DNA of 50,174 nt from a virus (Duplodnaviria > Heunggongvirae > Uroviricota > Caudoviricetes). Position numbers and translations under genes: made by a program. Under the pieces are notes generated by a model. It was not told where the DNA came from, ran no database searches, and saw only the letters and a list, made by a program, of their open reading frames with translations. Below, one piece after another: positions 20,301 to 28,604 of this stretch (the first letter of the stretch is position 1; each line of letters starts with the position of its first letter). The stretch is taken from positions 64,001 to 114,174 of IMG/VR virus record IMGVR_UViG_3300032288_002343. One strand, given 5' to 3'.

Positions 20301-23300
20301 GTAACCATCTTCTCAATCTCAGTGACATTATCTGCCATCAAGTCTCCTAACTCATCCTGGAGCTTTTGATAGAGCTCACTTCTCTTCATCTTGGTAATCT
20401 CAAACAACCCCTGGTTTTCTTCAAATAAGTCTCTTACAGTGATGTAAGTCATGTGTTGCATAAGATCATGCACCTGCTCACCTGTAAATACATCCAGATT
20501 ATAGTCAGCAGTTTCACCACCAATCACCTCATCTACATCTATAAAGCCTTTCTTAGCAAAAGATAGAGCTGTGTCATATGGAGAGTATTGTTTATAATAC
20601 CCAGAACCTATTCTCTTGAACAGTTCTTCTGTATTAGTTTTAGCATTCTCTCCAGTGAAGAAAGCCTTGAAGAAGTTTACAATATCAGCAAACACCTTGG
20701 CAATCAATGACTTACGCTCTTGTGGCTTTTGAGGAACCTTACCCTCTTGTATATAATCTCTGAATTCTTCAGCAAGCTTCTCTTCCATTTGCTTGTCTGT
20801 AGCCTCAGAGTAGTTTACGTTCTTTAGACTAGCTCTGTCAAAGAATGATCCAGATCTACTTCTAAACTCATTAGCAAAAGCATTACGTTCTGCAGGAGTA
20901 GTGAGAGCTTGCCACACAGCATGGAACACCTCGTGATACACTGTACCCACTTCTGCATTCTCAGAAAGGTAGATGGCACCATCTTGGAACATACCATGTG
21001 CTCTTCTACCATTAGCAGCAAGAATGTAATTCTTCACTCTGTATACAGGAATATTGGGGAAGTTGGCAGATAACCAATCTTCTACATTCTTCCAGTTCTC
21101 AGGCTTCAACTTTTTGAGATCATTAACCAGCATCATTCTGAAGTCACTACCTCTCTTGGTAGGACCAGCTTGCTTTCTCTGATTCACTCTCTCCTGAAGA
21201 TTAGGACTTATAACAGCAGGCTTAGCTTCTGTTTCAGGAGCTGCAGGAGCTACCTCAGGAGCAGGAGTAAGTTGTTTCTTAACCTCTGCTCTAATGATGT
21301 TTCTAATAATATTCTCAGCAATTGCAATAGCCTGATCATCAGGAGTGTCTTCTGTAATACCAGACTTAGGAATTGTTGTAAGTTTCGCAATAGCTGCATC
21401 TATCATCAATTTGTATTCAGGATCAGTGGCTGGATCAGGAAGCAATATACCCTGCTTACCATCTGTCTCCAAGAACTTCTCCTTATTAATTGTGAATGTG
21501 AAATCACCCAGCTTTGTAGGAATAACATTCTCCTTACCCTCAAGATTGAACTTCTTAACGGGTTCAGTTTTCTTAGCCTCAGTTTCTGTGGCTGGTACAA
21601 CTACCTTCTTCTGTGGTTTTGTAGGAGTGACTTCTTGAGAAGTGTTACCTTTCTTATCTACCACTGTAAAATATATACCCTTTCTGTTAGTATCTTGGGC
21701 ATCCTTCAGAGGTCTGATTCTTGTGGTGAGAGGAATGGTCTGTGGATTTCTTGCACTACTATCAGGGTTCTTCTTAGAAAGAAGGAATGACTGGTAGTTC
21801 TGCCATTGTCTAGTTTTAATTCCATCAGGACCAATGCTGGTGATTTCTGTGTAAGGCTTATTCCACTCACCCTTCTGACCACCAGTTACTAATGTAGAGT
21901 TGACGTTGTTGTACATCTTGGTCAGCTCTTCAACAATAGCAGCTTTGTTAGCTTTCAGGGCTGAAGGTTTAATAGAAAACTTCTTTTCCTCCTTACCCAT
22001 GATGAGCATATTGTCACCAAAGAACACACTACTAAATCCAGCAGGCTTTCTGTTTCCTTGAGGATCTTGTGGCGTACCCCAGTAGATTACTGACTTAAGC
22101 CAGTTGTATAACATAACAGACTCATTGCTCTTTAAGTTCTTGTCTTTAAACAAGTTAGTAGCAAGTCTTTCAATAGCATTGTAAATTAACTCAGCTTCAG
22201 ACTGTGTAAGATTTCTATTATTCAATCTCACTAGTCCATTGTTACTGTAGAGAAGAGGTACACCTTTCACATCGTTAAATGTAGAAGATCCATACACAAC
22301 AGCACCATCTGTTGTAGGAACACCCACCACTCTCTTAGTTCTAAGATTAGTTTCAGAAACAAGACCAGAGTCTTCTACAGCCACTCTAGCTGTTCTGTCA
22401 AATATAAACTTACCATTCTGATCCAGTTCTCCTACATATTGAGGACTTCCAAAAGATGCATTGATTTTGTACAGGTCATTGGTAGGAGATTTAAGCGTGT
22501 TCTCTCTCCAAGCCATATATTCTTTTGTCAATGCCTTTCTAGTATCCTCATCAGTGCTTTCTCTGAACATAGAACCTCCACCACTCTGCTCTAAAGTTTC
22601 TGGGAAGGTTTGGTAGATGATGGTATCTAATGTAGGTTTGCTGAGTTTCTTACCATCCTCACCTACAAAATATCTTTCATTTGTAACAGGATCTATTCCC
22701 ATTACCACTAACATAATAGTCTTTGAAGGATCAACATCAGCACCAGCTAATCCCTTGTCCTTAACCCATTGAGTTAAGCCAGGGATACCTAGTTGCTTTT
22801 CGTTACCCTGTGTAACAATTACACCACGGAAGTTATCTCTGTTTGCAAATGTGTAGAAGTTTGCCCCAAATCTATTAGCACGCACATGGTGCTCAGCCAG
22901 AGACTCTTTCTGAGAATATCCTTCTACAGGAGGCTTTGTACTATCAACAACTTCTTGATTGGTCTTCTTAGCATCTGGTTCAAACTTTCCTGTACCAATC
23001 TCTCTAGTTTGTACACCAGTGTCACTAGTTTCATTGAGCGCTTCTTGGATAGCTTTCTCGCCAGCTATCTTTTCCTCTTTAGCAAGATTTTCAAGAAACT
23101 CCTTAGACCTTTTATCAAACTCTTTCTGTATATCATCTACTAACTCACTGTTGTTCAATGAGTTAATATATTGTAATTTGTTTTCTGTAGGCTTTACAAT
23201 ATCAGCATACTTCTTCTTATTCAGGACAGCATCAATAGATTTGTCCATCATATCCTGAAGTACATTCTCTTCTACAGAAGTATCTGTCAATTCATACTCT

Positions 23301-25723
23301 CTAAACTGTTCTGGAGATAGAAATGTTTCTACACCATTAGGAAGTCTTACCTCAAACTCACCACCTAGGTTCTGACCTATTACAGTGAGTTTGGGAGCAA
23401 GTAGTAATTGATTACCCTCCCTTCTGATAGGATTCTTCAGAGAGTATTCTTTACCCACTTCCACCTCTTTCTCAAACACCTTCTTCCTCTTCTTACCCTC
23501 AGGAACACCAAATTGTTCTACTGTTACAGGCTCTTCTTCTCTACCAAGATTAAACTCAACCCCTGCGTCATAAAGCTTGGGCATCTTTTTAATTGCATCA
23601 TACTCATTGATGGTAGCTTTTCTACGTAGAGAAAGCTCAATAACATCTGATAGGTCTCTTTTCAGATCATCCTTTACATCAGAGGTTACATCCATTTTAT
23701 TGATATCATCCAGAGCTTTAAGTGTAGCCTCTTTATTAGGCATTCTGTTCTCTATAATGTCTGTAAGAATATCAGATGTGTTAACACCAGCGTTTAATAG
23801 AGAAGTGTTAAGTTGTGGAATGCGTAAATCGTAATTATTAATCTTAGCAGCGTTGTATACTAACTTCTCAATCACTGCATCTGAATAGATTCTATTACCA
23901 GAATTATCTACTAATCCAGAATACTTATTATCAATAGCATCATAGAACTGATCTACAGTTTTAGTAAGAGCTTCTAAGTTATTGATTCTTTGTAGGAACT
24001 GTTCTCTAGTTTCATTCTGAGACGCTGTTCCATTTGTAACAAGTTCAGCAAAACCAGTTTCTGTCATAGCTTGAGACTTGTAAGAATCAAGCTCTTGATA
24101 GATAGAATCTGTTTTGTCATACTTAACTCTAGGCATTACATAAGAAAGAACATAATCATTCTCATATTCTTTCTCAGAAAGAACATCGTTGTTCTTAATT
24201 GCCTGTTGTCTAAGTTTTTGAGAACCAAGACCTATAGCCATATATTTAGCCTGGTCTTTAAGTTGTGCATCTATATTAGACTTGTTAAGTGCAGCCAGTG
24301 CATCGGCTGTGTTAGTTTTTGTAAGCTTAGCCTCTTTAATGTTTCCTCTAATCTGCTGTAGTCCTCCAGAAAGTCCACCAATTAAGATGCTTTCAATACC
24401 CTCTTTGCTACCAAGGGTTTGATCAACACCATCTTTTAGAACGCTTCCCATCACACCATTTACAGCAGACAGGAAAGATGTAAGTTCACCCTTGTTCTCA
24501 TATGCTCTTTCAAAGAAATTGTTTGCTCCTGTTTGAATAGCAAACTGAGCACCTTCTTCAAAAGCTTCCGTAGGAGCAAATAGATATTTACCAACTCCTG
24601 TCACTTTATCTGTAAGTCTTCCAAGTCTTGTAGCAGCTACTGATTCAGCCCAAGCTCCTCCTAATTGCTTCTGTTCAATAGAATTAATCAAAGCCTTTTC
24701 AGTTCTTCTAGAGGAACCAAGAATCTTAGGTAGTTGGATATAGTTAGTAGCAGATAACAATAGAGTGTTAAGTCCCCATGTATAGTTACCCACTTTATCA
24801 GCATATGCATCTATAGCATCTAGGTCAGCTCCTGTAGGATCAACACCATTTGTATTTCTATATTCCTCAATAGCTCTTCTTCTAAACTCATTAGCATTCT
24901 GAAGAGCTTCCAAAGAAGCCTCACCGAATGTACCCATTACAGAAGTGAGCACTCTATCAGAATCCTTAAGAATAGCAGCAGCAGGAGATTTAATATATTT
25001 TTGACCTACAGTATTAAGAGCATTTTCTAAAGCAGCAAACTTTTGTAGCTTTGGAACATTAGTCATTGCAGCTTCTACAGTTGTAGCAGCCTCTAGACCA
25101 GCACCAGCTTTCACCATGGTGTTTGTAAGTCCCAACAGTTTGAAAGCTTTGCTCCAAACAATACCACCACCTAAAGCACCTAAAGAGTAGCTCAGGTTTT
25201 TAAATACCTTGTCACCCCAGAAGTTAGCAGTTAACAAGTTATCACTAGTCCACCAATCAGCATCCTTCTCATTCTTTGCATAGTAGTTAGGAAGAATATC
25301 TTCCAATCTCTCTTGACTACGATTCATTAATCTAGTGGTATCGTTATCAAAGAGTTTACTAAAATCCCAGTTAGCAATAGAACTACCTATACCATTCAAA
25401 AGACCCACTGTGCCAGAAACAAAAGATGTAGCACCTACACCAGCAAATTTACCTAGAGAGTTTCCCCACTTGTTCCATGTGCTTTGTTGTTGAGCAGCCA
25501 TTTCCTCATAGTCTGTACCAGGTCTGGTTTCAGGATATCTGTCACCAGTGTATACAGAAGAAAGAGGAATGTCAGGAATACCTTTAGACTTCACAGAATT
25601 AAGTCCTTTCAACCACATGTCATCAAGAGATATTTCTCTTGGAACATCACTCATTATATTTCCCACTTCAGGAAATCCTTCAATGGTACCACCTAGGTTT
25701 ACTATTTTTGGTGTATCTGGCAT
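14378..25723 (-). CDS. Virion-packaged DNA-dependent RNA polymerase, crAss-like (3781 aa), fused to a zincin domain and N-terminal Gly/Ala-rich hydrophobic segments
   Basis: GFRIPTQ (about 16970-16990) and GSDFDIDKL (16850-16873), the DFDID catalytic loop known from the crAss-like phi14:2 gp66 polymerase; also TDGGG, KSGRKVG, RGSQ; YHEVFH...EEKLAEEF zincin at about 20760-20940. Confidence 0.92.
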   Translation of the reverse strand: MPDTPKIVNLGGTIEGFPEVGNIMSDVPREISLDDMWLKGLNSVKSKGIPDIPLSSVYTGDRYPETRPGTDYEEMAAQQQSTWNKWGNSLGKFAGVGATSFVSGTVGLLNGIGSSIANWDFSKLFDNDTTRLMNRSQERLEDILPNYYAKNEKDADWWTSDNLLTANFWGDKVFKNLSYSLGALGGGIVWSKAFKLLGLTNTMVKAGAGLEAATTVEAAMTNVPKLQKFAALENALNTVGQKYIKSPAAAILKDSDRVLTSVMGTFGEASLEALQNANEFRRRAIEEYRNTNGVDPTGADLDAIDAYADKVGNYTWGLNTLLLSATNYIQLPKILGSSRRTEKALINSIEQKQLGGAWAESVAATRLGRLTDKVTGVGKYLFAPTEAFEEGAQFAIQTGANNFFERAYENKGELTSFLSAVNGVMGSVLKDGVDQTLGSKEGIESILIGGLSGGLQQIRGNIKEAKLTKTNTADALAALNKSNIDAQLKDQAKYMAIGLGSQKLRQQAIKNNDVLSEKEYENDYVLSYVMPRVKYDKTDSIYQELDSYKSQAMTETGFAELVTNGTASQNETREQFLQRINNLEALTKTVDQFYDAIDNKYSGLVDNSGNRIYSDAVIEKLVYNAAKINNYDLRIPQLNTSLLNAGVNTSDILTDIIENRMPNKEATLKALDDINKMDVTSDVKDDLKRDLSDVIELSLRRKATINEYDAIKKMPKLYDAGVEFNLGREEEPVTVEQFGVPEGKKRKKVFEKEVEVGKEYSLKNPIRREGNQLLLAPKLTVIGQNLGGEFEVRLPNGVETFLSPEQFREYELTDTSVEENVLQDMMDKSIDAVLNKKKYADIVKPTENKLQYINSLNNSELVDDIQKEFDKRSKEFLENLAKEEKIAGEKAIQEALNETSDTGVQTREIGTGKFEPDAKKTNQEVVDSTKPPVEGYSQKESLAEHHVRANRFGANFYTFANRDNFRGVIVTQGNEKQLGIPGLTQWVKDKGLAGADVDPSKTIMLVVMGIDPVTNERYFVGEDGKKLSKPTLDTIIYQTFPETLEQSGGGSMFRESTDEDTRKALTKEYMAWRENTLKSPTNDLYKINASFGSPQYVGELDQNGKFIFDRTARVAVEDSGLVSETNLRTKRVVGVPTTDGAVVYGSSTFNDVKGVPLLYSNNGLVRLNNRNLTQSEAELIYNAIERLATNLFKDKNLKSNESVMLYNWLKSVIYWGTPQDPQGNRKPAGFSSVFFGDNMLIMGKEEKKFSIKPSALKANKAAIVEELTKMYNNVNSTLVTGGQKGEWNKPYTEITSIGPDGIKTRQWQNYQSFLLSKKNPDSSARNPQTIPLTTRIRPLKDAQDTNRKGIYFTVVDKKGNTSQEVTPTKPQKKVVVPATETEAKKTEPVKKFNLEGKENVIPTKLGDFTFTINKEKFLETDGKQGILLPDPATDPEYKLMIDAAIAKLTTIPKSGITEDTPDDQAIAIAENIIRNIIRAEVKKQLTPAPEVAPAAPETEAKPAVISPNLQERVNQRKQAGPTKRGSDFRMMLVNDLKKLKPENWKNVEDWLSANFPNIPVYRVKNYILAANGRRAHGMFQDGAIYLSENAEVGTVYHEVFHAVWQALTTPAERNAFANEFRSRSGSFFDRASLKNVNYSEATDKQMEEKLAEEFRDYIQEGKVPQKPQERKSLIAKVFADIVNFFKAFFTGENAKTNTEELFKRIGSGYYKQYSPYDTALSFAKKGFIDVDEVIGGETADYNLDVFTGEQVHDLMQHMTYITVRDLFEENQGLFEITKMKRSELYQKLQDELGDLMADNVTEIEKMVTDEEVGSEEGDIMISHYNNLYKNILDNWEALVEKHEEYIRSYNIEFDENDDIDLSTLEKGKDDPYADARKIDSMRKTNSAVKLLLASLPVIQSNGSEKLSSIGGYTLLPMSEIFIGVMNNVHTSRSMTEMVNRVKAMSEDDPKYIKLYNRLSKLKTIDELDNAADLQLLSAFWRSFKKQSPTVKTVYVLDNGDIQVGDANFTTAARQVKEEFVNNIKNTIAKNSKYFKKAENGKSYIGNTDAIKKDVKLKKDDLSAQVAFLKEFGINFDEERLSTMPEKTKFAEAVNGIRTSIANGRSIMSVGGRTLDIDLRLRQLSEIKAKMDNPEFSSTYYNVNGELTQTFIGTNALNDLYNTLSQVTNLSELANTQYEYLLTDSFAANSLLLYKMFDKESGERIEGTDQLMQTAYADGTVDQKKGRQKESSKLNYKERLLQEVNLNTAGYYLNLVPGDASIEWMVYMGNSVDKSEILANYERAHTIFKGYLEDEIKLAKENRPVAKGKNSSDLRFFKGILKEDLEKTVLEFEGSIDELYAQHGKDINEAIDAFINRERDRLRNTLAEYGAIKVRDNQLVTEGLSFGKDGLTEDELKNELATLSINYAIANIELHKLLYSDPYQYSDELKRIKSFNSPRQAIISNSPEMNSAFHKVWNEGFSEEDAGYTNFDRDYFRGATVNDVNSTSDLQDYGVFEETDGGGIISLKALRNFKIRAGEWDSDQERQYKFDLAFEKQDKGEKLTGREKKIIRAGNPKVMRTYTPIKPIVSGNKANGRPYNDIVLDKFALYPFSYRVLREVNPTSNALKLYDKMQKEDVDYVVFKSGRKVGAEKTFSLYDKEGNFNEEPFETEKQKSNPMLPQTVLNIPFAIMSIQSDVPSKEENVVTRGSQMTKLVTLDFMAAGVPIDFMPEEPSFNKRYVAWNALSKDGKMGYNNGDNLYKEIKNNQDILEALVEEGVNALTTEFGLKKVDDGYEVESLEKVADALRRELTKREINDNISAALKGYKNGSVILEATPAYQQVRNVLYSIADRNVMSPKMSGSMKVQIPSTLLEGGARKVKDGVYASDVLKFYEDKDGKRVCEIMVARWFKSDLSDEELLEELKNSEILKGIGFRIPTQKQNSIDSFVIKRFLPEEYGDAVVIPSALVKKVGSDFDIDKLNLYLKNVDVNKETGEIKIIPFQGVGEEIRNRFKYRQDYKKSLENGYIESLQKLVSHPLNFENLVKPNSADQMKKLSKEIVDKLGLGSFDYNVAANMLSRRFMSRLRHAMVTGKYAIGIAAVNQTNHSLNQRTPIYIDFEGKKDLLKLQDRKFLGDGVIKFNEYNTLEVDGKTYPTISMIKNAGGDYISDILGQFIDGYVDISKDTWIMEIGATPNVASTWMFLIKVGVPIETVSYFMNQPIIRDYLREIEKTGSTWLFNDRILKKLEKNIKYKGTAMRVPAVPNNEALLDMIGKAEFNKTQKAQQRFILREFLKYAKMAEQLLIVTQGTNFDTSSFNDPFLIFKKLYQLDKARNTIFSSADDLLENSFLGKMMEGIIDVRQALSEILIADRKGTIRETIQEVLKPYVEMNDRDFIRTSQRVVSTLFDWVTQVDGNLAEKINKMMVSKETNVAKRITDFISSISSESPLSQNIIIKNLKADFADPLSKGEVNNLYLDNKTNKVYDQNQIIYGFRELKNHLKSMGKEDLYNDLLTLSVLQSGLSQSKVSFTTLLPYEDLMGIYNSSIANLPGMTSLETFKDLNVFERTYWNYDDLVPHMEAKYVVDWNTGQKDYNTNMMFRSDIYDAIKNKELPILLKVPVLAKEANYDVIVYTYEKAFTFKEKKAMRERGDYSYVKRGLFKKVGLVDNGNGGMVALYKAINAWGDGIYAKEFYNTPRKSQIDNGFIESDESITDEKILSYFGIAPTVSEEEAEEAAPEVANPSEEVPQIDYDSITDITPERKQQILTNFAKKHKLTEAKAKEYINDALKKDAKKVINKLKECY

Positions 25724-25727
25724 GGTA

Positions 25728-28517
25728 TTATTGCTGGGTTAATATAGCTTGAGCAAAAGCAGGTGTTGTGTTCTGTATCAAATTTGTATAAACGTCTGTA
25801 AGATTTGCTGCTCCAGGAGCATTGTACACTTTTCTATTTACACCATCAGTGATGTATAAGTATCCATAGTACAGACCGTTAGAGTATTTGAAGTTTGCCT
25901 TAGCATCATAAGGAGTTCCTCTTAGTCCGATGAAATCACTTTTCTCAAGATAGGCATCTCCGTTAATATATGTGTTCTTATCTGTAGGATCAGCACTTGA
26001 TGTTTGGTTACCCTTTGTGTTCATATAGTTCCTAAGGAGAGCAATCTGTCTTGGTTCGTACAAACTGTTTACATCTACACCAAGTCTTTCTGCTTCATCA
26101 GGTTGTACTGTCATACCACCTTGACGTTTACCTTCTTTGAAAGCTACAAGTTCTACAACAGGATTATTTTCAGCATCCATTCTCACTTTAGTTTGAATAG
26201 ATACTCCTTCTACATTTATAGCCTCAGCAAACTTATCAATATCACTAGACAGGTTCTGTTTTTGACCACTGATATATTCACCAGCCATAACACCCAGAAT
26301 TTGTTTTGTACCTCTGTCTGTTTCAGCATCTCCTGTTAAAAGACTACTTTGAACGTTAGGTTTTATACCATATAAGTTCTTAATAATCTCAGCTTTTCTA
26401 GTCATCCCTTTCTCAAAATCATCATTGTCAATCTTGTTATATACGCTCATCACTTGACTTAAATCAACATCATCCTCAGTATCTCCAGATATACGAGAGC
26501 GAACACCATCACTTACATTTCTCCAAAGTCTTGAAGGTGTGCCAAGAGTTCTAGTGGCTACTGTTATCAATCCTAAAGGACCTCCTGATGTTACATTCTG
26601 ACGAAGAACTACTTCTAGAAGAGGTTCTTTTCCTCTTGCTCTAATTCTCTCTTCTGCAGACTTAGCAGCTTTTCTAGCTCCCTCATCATTTAAGAATCCA
26701 AGAGAAGACTGGTTACCTCTTAGGTAGACAGCCAAGTCATACATATCATCTGGTGTCAGTGTGTATTCTTTTCCATACAGCTTAACCTTCTGAGGCTTTA
26801 AGTCAGTGGTTAATGCCACTCTGTTTGCACTACTACCAAGGTTAGCTTCTGTAGCATCATCAATCCTTTTCTTTACAGCTGATATAGTTTCAAAGTTTCT
26901 CTTACTATTTTTGTAAGCACTGTATGCATCTCTAAGCTCAGGGGCAATCTTATTTTGGTCTCTCTTGTTAAACTCTCTTTCTGCATAACTTGCGAAAGAT
27001 GCAAGATATTCATCTAAAGACTGTTTGTTTTGATTTGCATTATTCTGAAGAAGAATAGAAATGGCTTGGTCTTTTGTGTTTCCTTTAGACATCAAATCAT
27101 CCATCTTTCTTTTATTATCTGGATTATTAGCAAATGCCATTTCCCAGATAAAGTTGTCTCCAGTGTTGGTAAATTCTGATGCAGCTTTTGTATAATCAGA
27201 TTCTAATTGATAAACTACATCAATATCAGAAGGTTGGTCAGCTTGTGTAAATCCTTCACCTGTAGCTCCACCACCACCACCTGGAATAGGTGTACCATCA
27301 GCTGCTATTCTTCCCTTCTTAGCTAGTCTTTCCTTTTGTTCATAGTTTAGCAAATTCCATTTCTCATCAAATGCTAAACGCTTTTCCCATCTGGTTTGCT
27401 CATTAGCTTCCTTCTTAAGATTGAAGTTAGCCTGCCATCCAGGATTATTTTCTGTAAGGGTTTTTGTTTTAGACCACCCAAACATACTAGTGTATCTTTC
27501 CTTAACATCGTTCTTGTAAAGGTATCCTCTTACATAGTCAGGATTATTATAAGCAGCTTTTTCTAGCTGAGAATAGTTATCATCTACATCTATCAGTGCA
27601 TTTTTTAACTTGTCTATCTGAGCTTGAATCTCATCTTTCTCAGCTCCCTTTGCTAAGTTCTTCTGAACATTTAGCTGATCAATCATGTCCTGATAAGTGG
27701 CTGTAATTGATTCTTTTTGTGAACCAAGTCTTGCTCTTAAATCTACACCATCTAATCCTCTATAAGTGTATTCACCTGTTATATCAAGTTGTTGACTCAC
27801 CCTACCATCAGAGAATATCTGGTTCAATGTGTCCTTCACTCTCTTTGAAGAAATACCCTCTTGCTCTCTACGAATCATTACGGGAGAATAAATAGGCTTT
27901 CCTGTGGCTGGATCTATCTTTGGTTTACCACTAGCATCTGTTTCATATACCTGGTCCCACGACATACCATCTGGTTTGATAGCATCAAAGGTGTCCTTTG
28001 CAAACTTCCAAACATCAAAAAATGGAACATAGTCACCACTAAACTTTATAGGGTTTCCGTTCTCATCTTGTATACCTGCACCATAATAGGAATTGAGCTT
28101 TTTTAAGTAGTTTTCCTTATTACTTGGATCTAGGGTTCCTTTCTTTCTATCCTCTTCCATCAGAGCCAATTGTTGGTCATGCCAAGCTTTTGACTGAACA
28201 GCTGCCTGAACAAATCTATCCTTACCCACTTGTCCTATCATACCCCCTACAGAATTAACAAGTTGGAAATTAGAGAAATCTCCAGCAGCAACACTTCTTA
28301 AGTCATTACCCAATTGGTTCACCTTAGACTGCAAATATGCCTTATCTTGAGGACGAAGTACCTGTATCCCAGCAATGTTATCTATCTGAGTTTGAAGTCT
28401 TTGTACGCCCTCATCATAACGCTTCTGCTTCTCCATGCCCACCTGCACCATAGCCTCCACAGGAAGCTGCTGGATGTAGGGGTTAAACTGGGGTATTATG
28501 TCTGTATAAGATGCCAT
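25728..28517 (-). CDS. crAss-like ejection/internal virion protein (929 aa)
   Basis: Helical, Cys-free, N-terminus FNPYIQQLPVEAM...YDEG...DFS typical of the gene preceding crAss-like RNAP genes (recalled); first gene after a promoter. Confidence 0.65.
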   Translation of the reverse strand: MASYTDIIPQFNPYIQQLPVEAMVQVGMEKQKRYDEGVQRLQTQIDNIAGIQVLRPQDKAYLQSKVNQLGNDLRSVAAGDFSNFQLVNSVGGMIGQVGKDRFVQAAVQSKAWHDQQLALMEEDRKKGTLDPSNKENYLKKLNSYYGAGIQDENGNPIKFSGDYVPFFDVWKFAKDTFDAIKPDGMSWDQVYETDASGKPKIDPATGKPIYSPVMIRREQEGISSKRVKDTLNQIFSDGRVSQQLDITGEYTYRGLDGVDLRARLGSQKESITATYQDMIDQLNVQKNLAKGAEKDEIQAQIDKLKNALIDVDDNYSQLEKAAYNNPDYVRGYLYKNDVKERYTSMFGWSKTKTLTENNPGWQANFNLKKEANEQTRWEKRLAFDEKWNLLNYEQKERLAKKGRIAADGTPIPGGGGGATGEGFTQADQPSDIDVVYQLESDYTKAASEFTNTGDNFIWEMAFANNPDNKRKMDDLMSKGNTKDQAISILLQNNANQNKQSLDEYLASFASYAEREFNKRDQNKIAPELRDAYSAYKNSKRNFETISAVKKRIDDATEANLGSSANRVALTTDLKPQKVKLYGKEYTLTPDDMYDLAVYLRGNQSSLGFLNDEGARKAAKSAEERIRARGKEPLLEVVLRQNVTSGGPLGLITVATRTLGTPSRLWRNVSDGVRSRISGDTEDDVDLSQVMSVYNKIDNDDFEKGMTRKAEIIKNLYGIKPNVQSSLLTGDAETDRGTKQILGVMAGEYISGQKQNLSSDIDKFAEAINVEGVSIQTKVRMDAENNPVVELVAFKEGKRQGGMTVQPDEAERLGVDVNSLYEPRQIALLRNYMNTKGNQTSSADPTDKNTYINGDAYLEKSDFIGLRGTPYDAKANFKYSNGLYYGYLYITDGVNRKVYNAPGAANLTDVYTNLIQNTTPAFAQAILTQQ

Positions 28518-28532
28518 AGGATGATCAAGTTA

Positions 28533-28564
28533 CAAATGTAATAGAAAGAATTAAAATTTCCAAG
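28533..28564 (-). promoter_or_regulatory. Bacteroidota-type primary sigma promoter upstream of the 929/3781/1559-aa cluster
   Basis: CTTG, 20-nt spacer, TACATTTG (exact TAnnTTTG) in the 87-nt intergenic gap. Confidence 0.7.
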
Positions 28565-28604
28565 AGAACTAACGAGTTTTGGTAATTCACTATAACTGAG
28601 TTAG

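Noticed and set aside
14378-25723. Intein, intron or homing endonuclease in the RNAP gene
   Set aside because: Single uninterrupted ORF; no C/S...HN intein ends or LAGLIDADG/HNH/GIY-YIG motifs seen.
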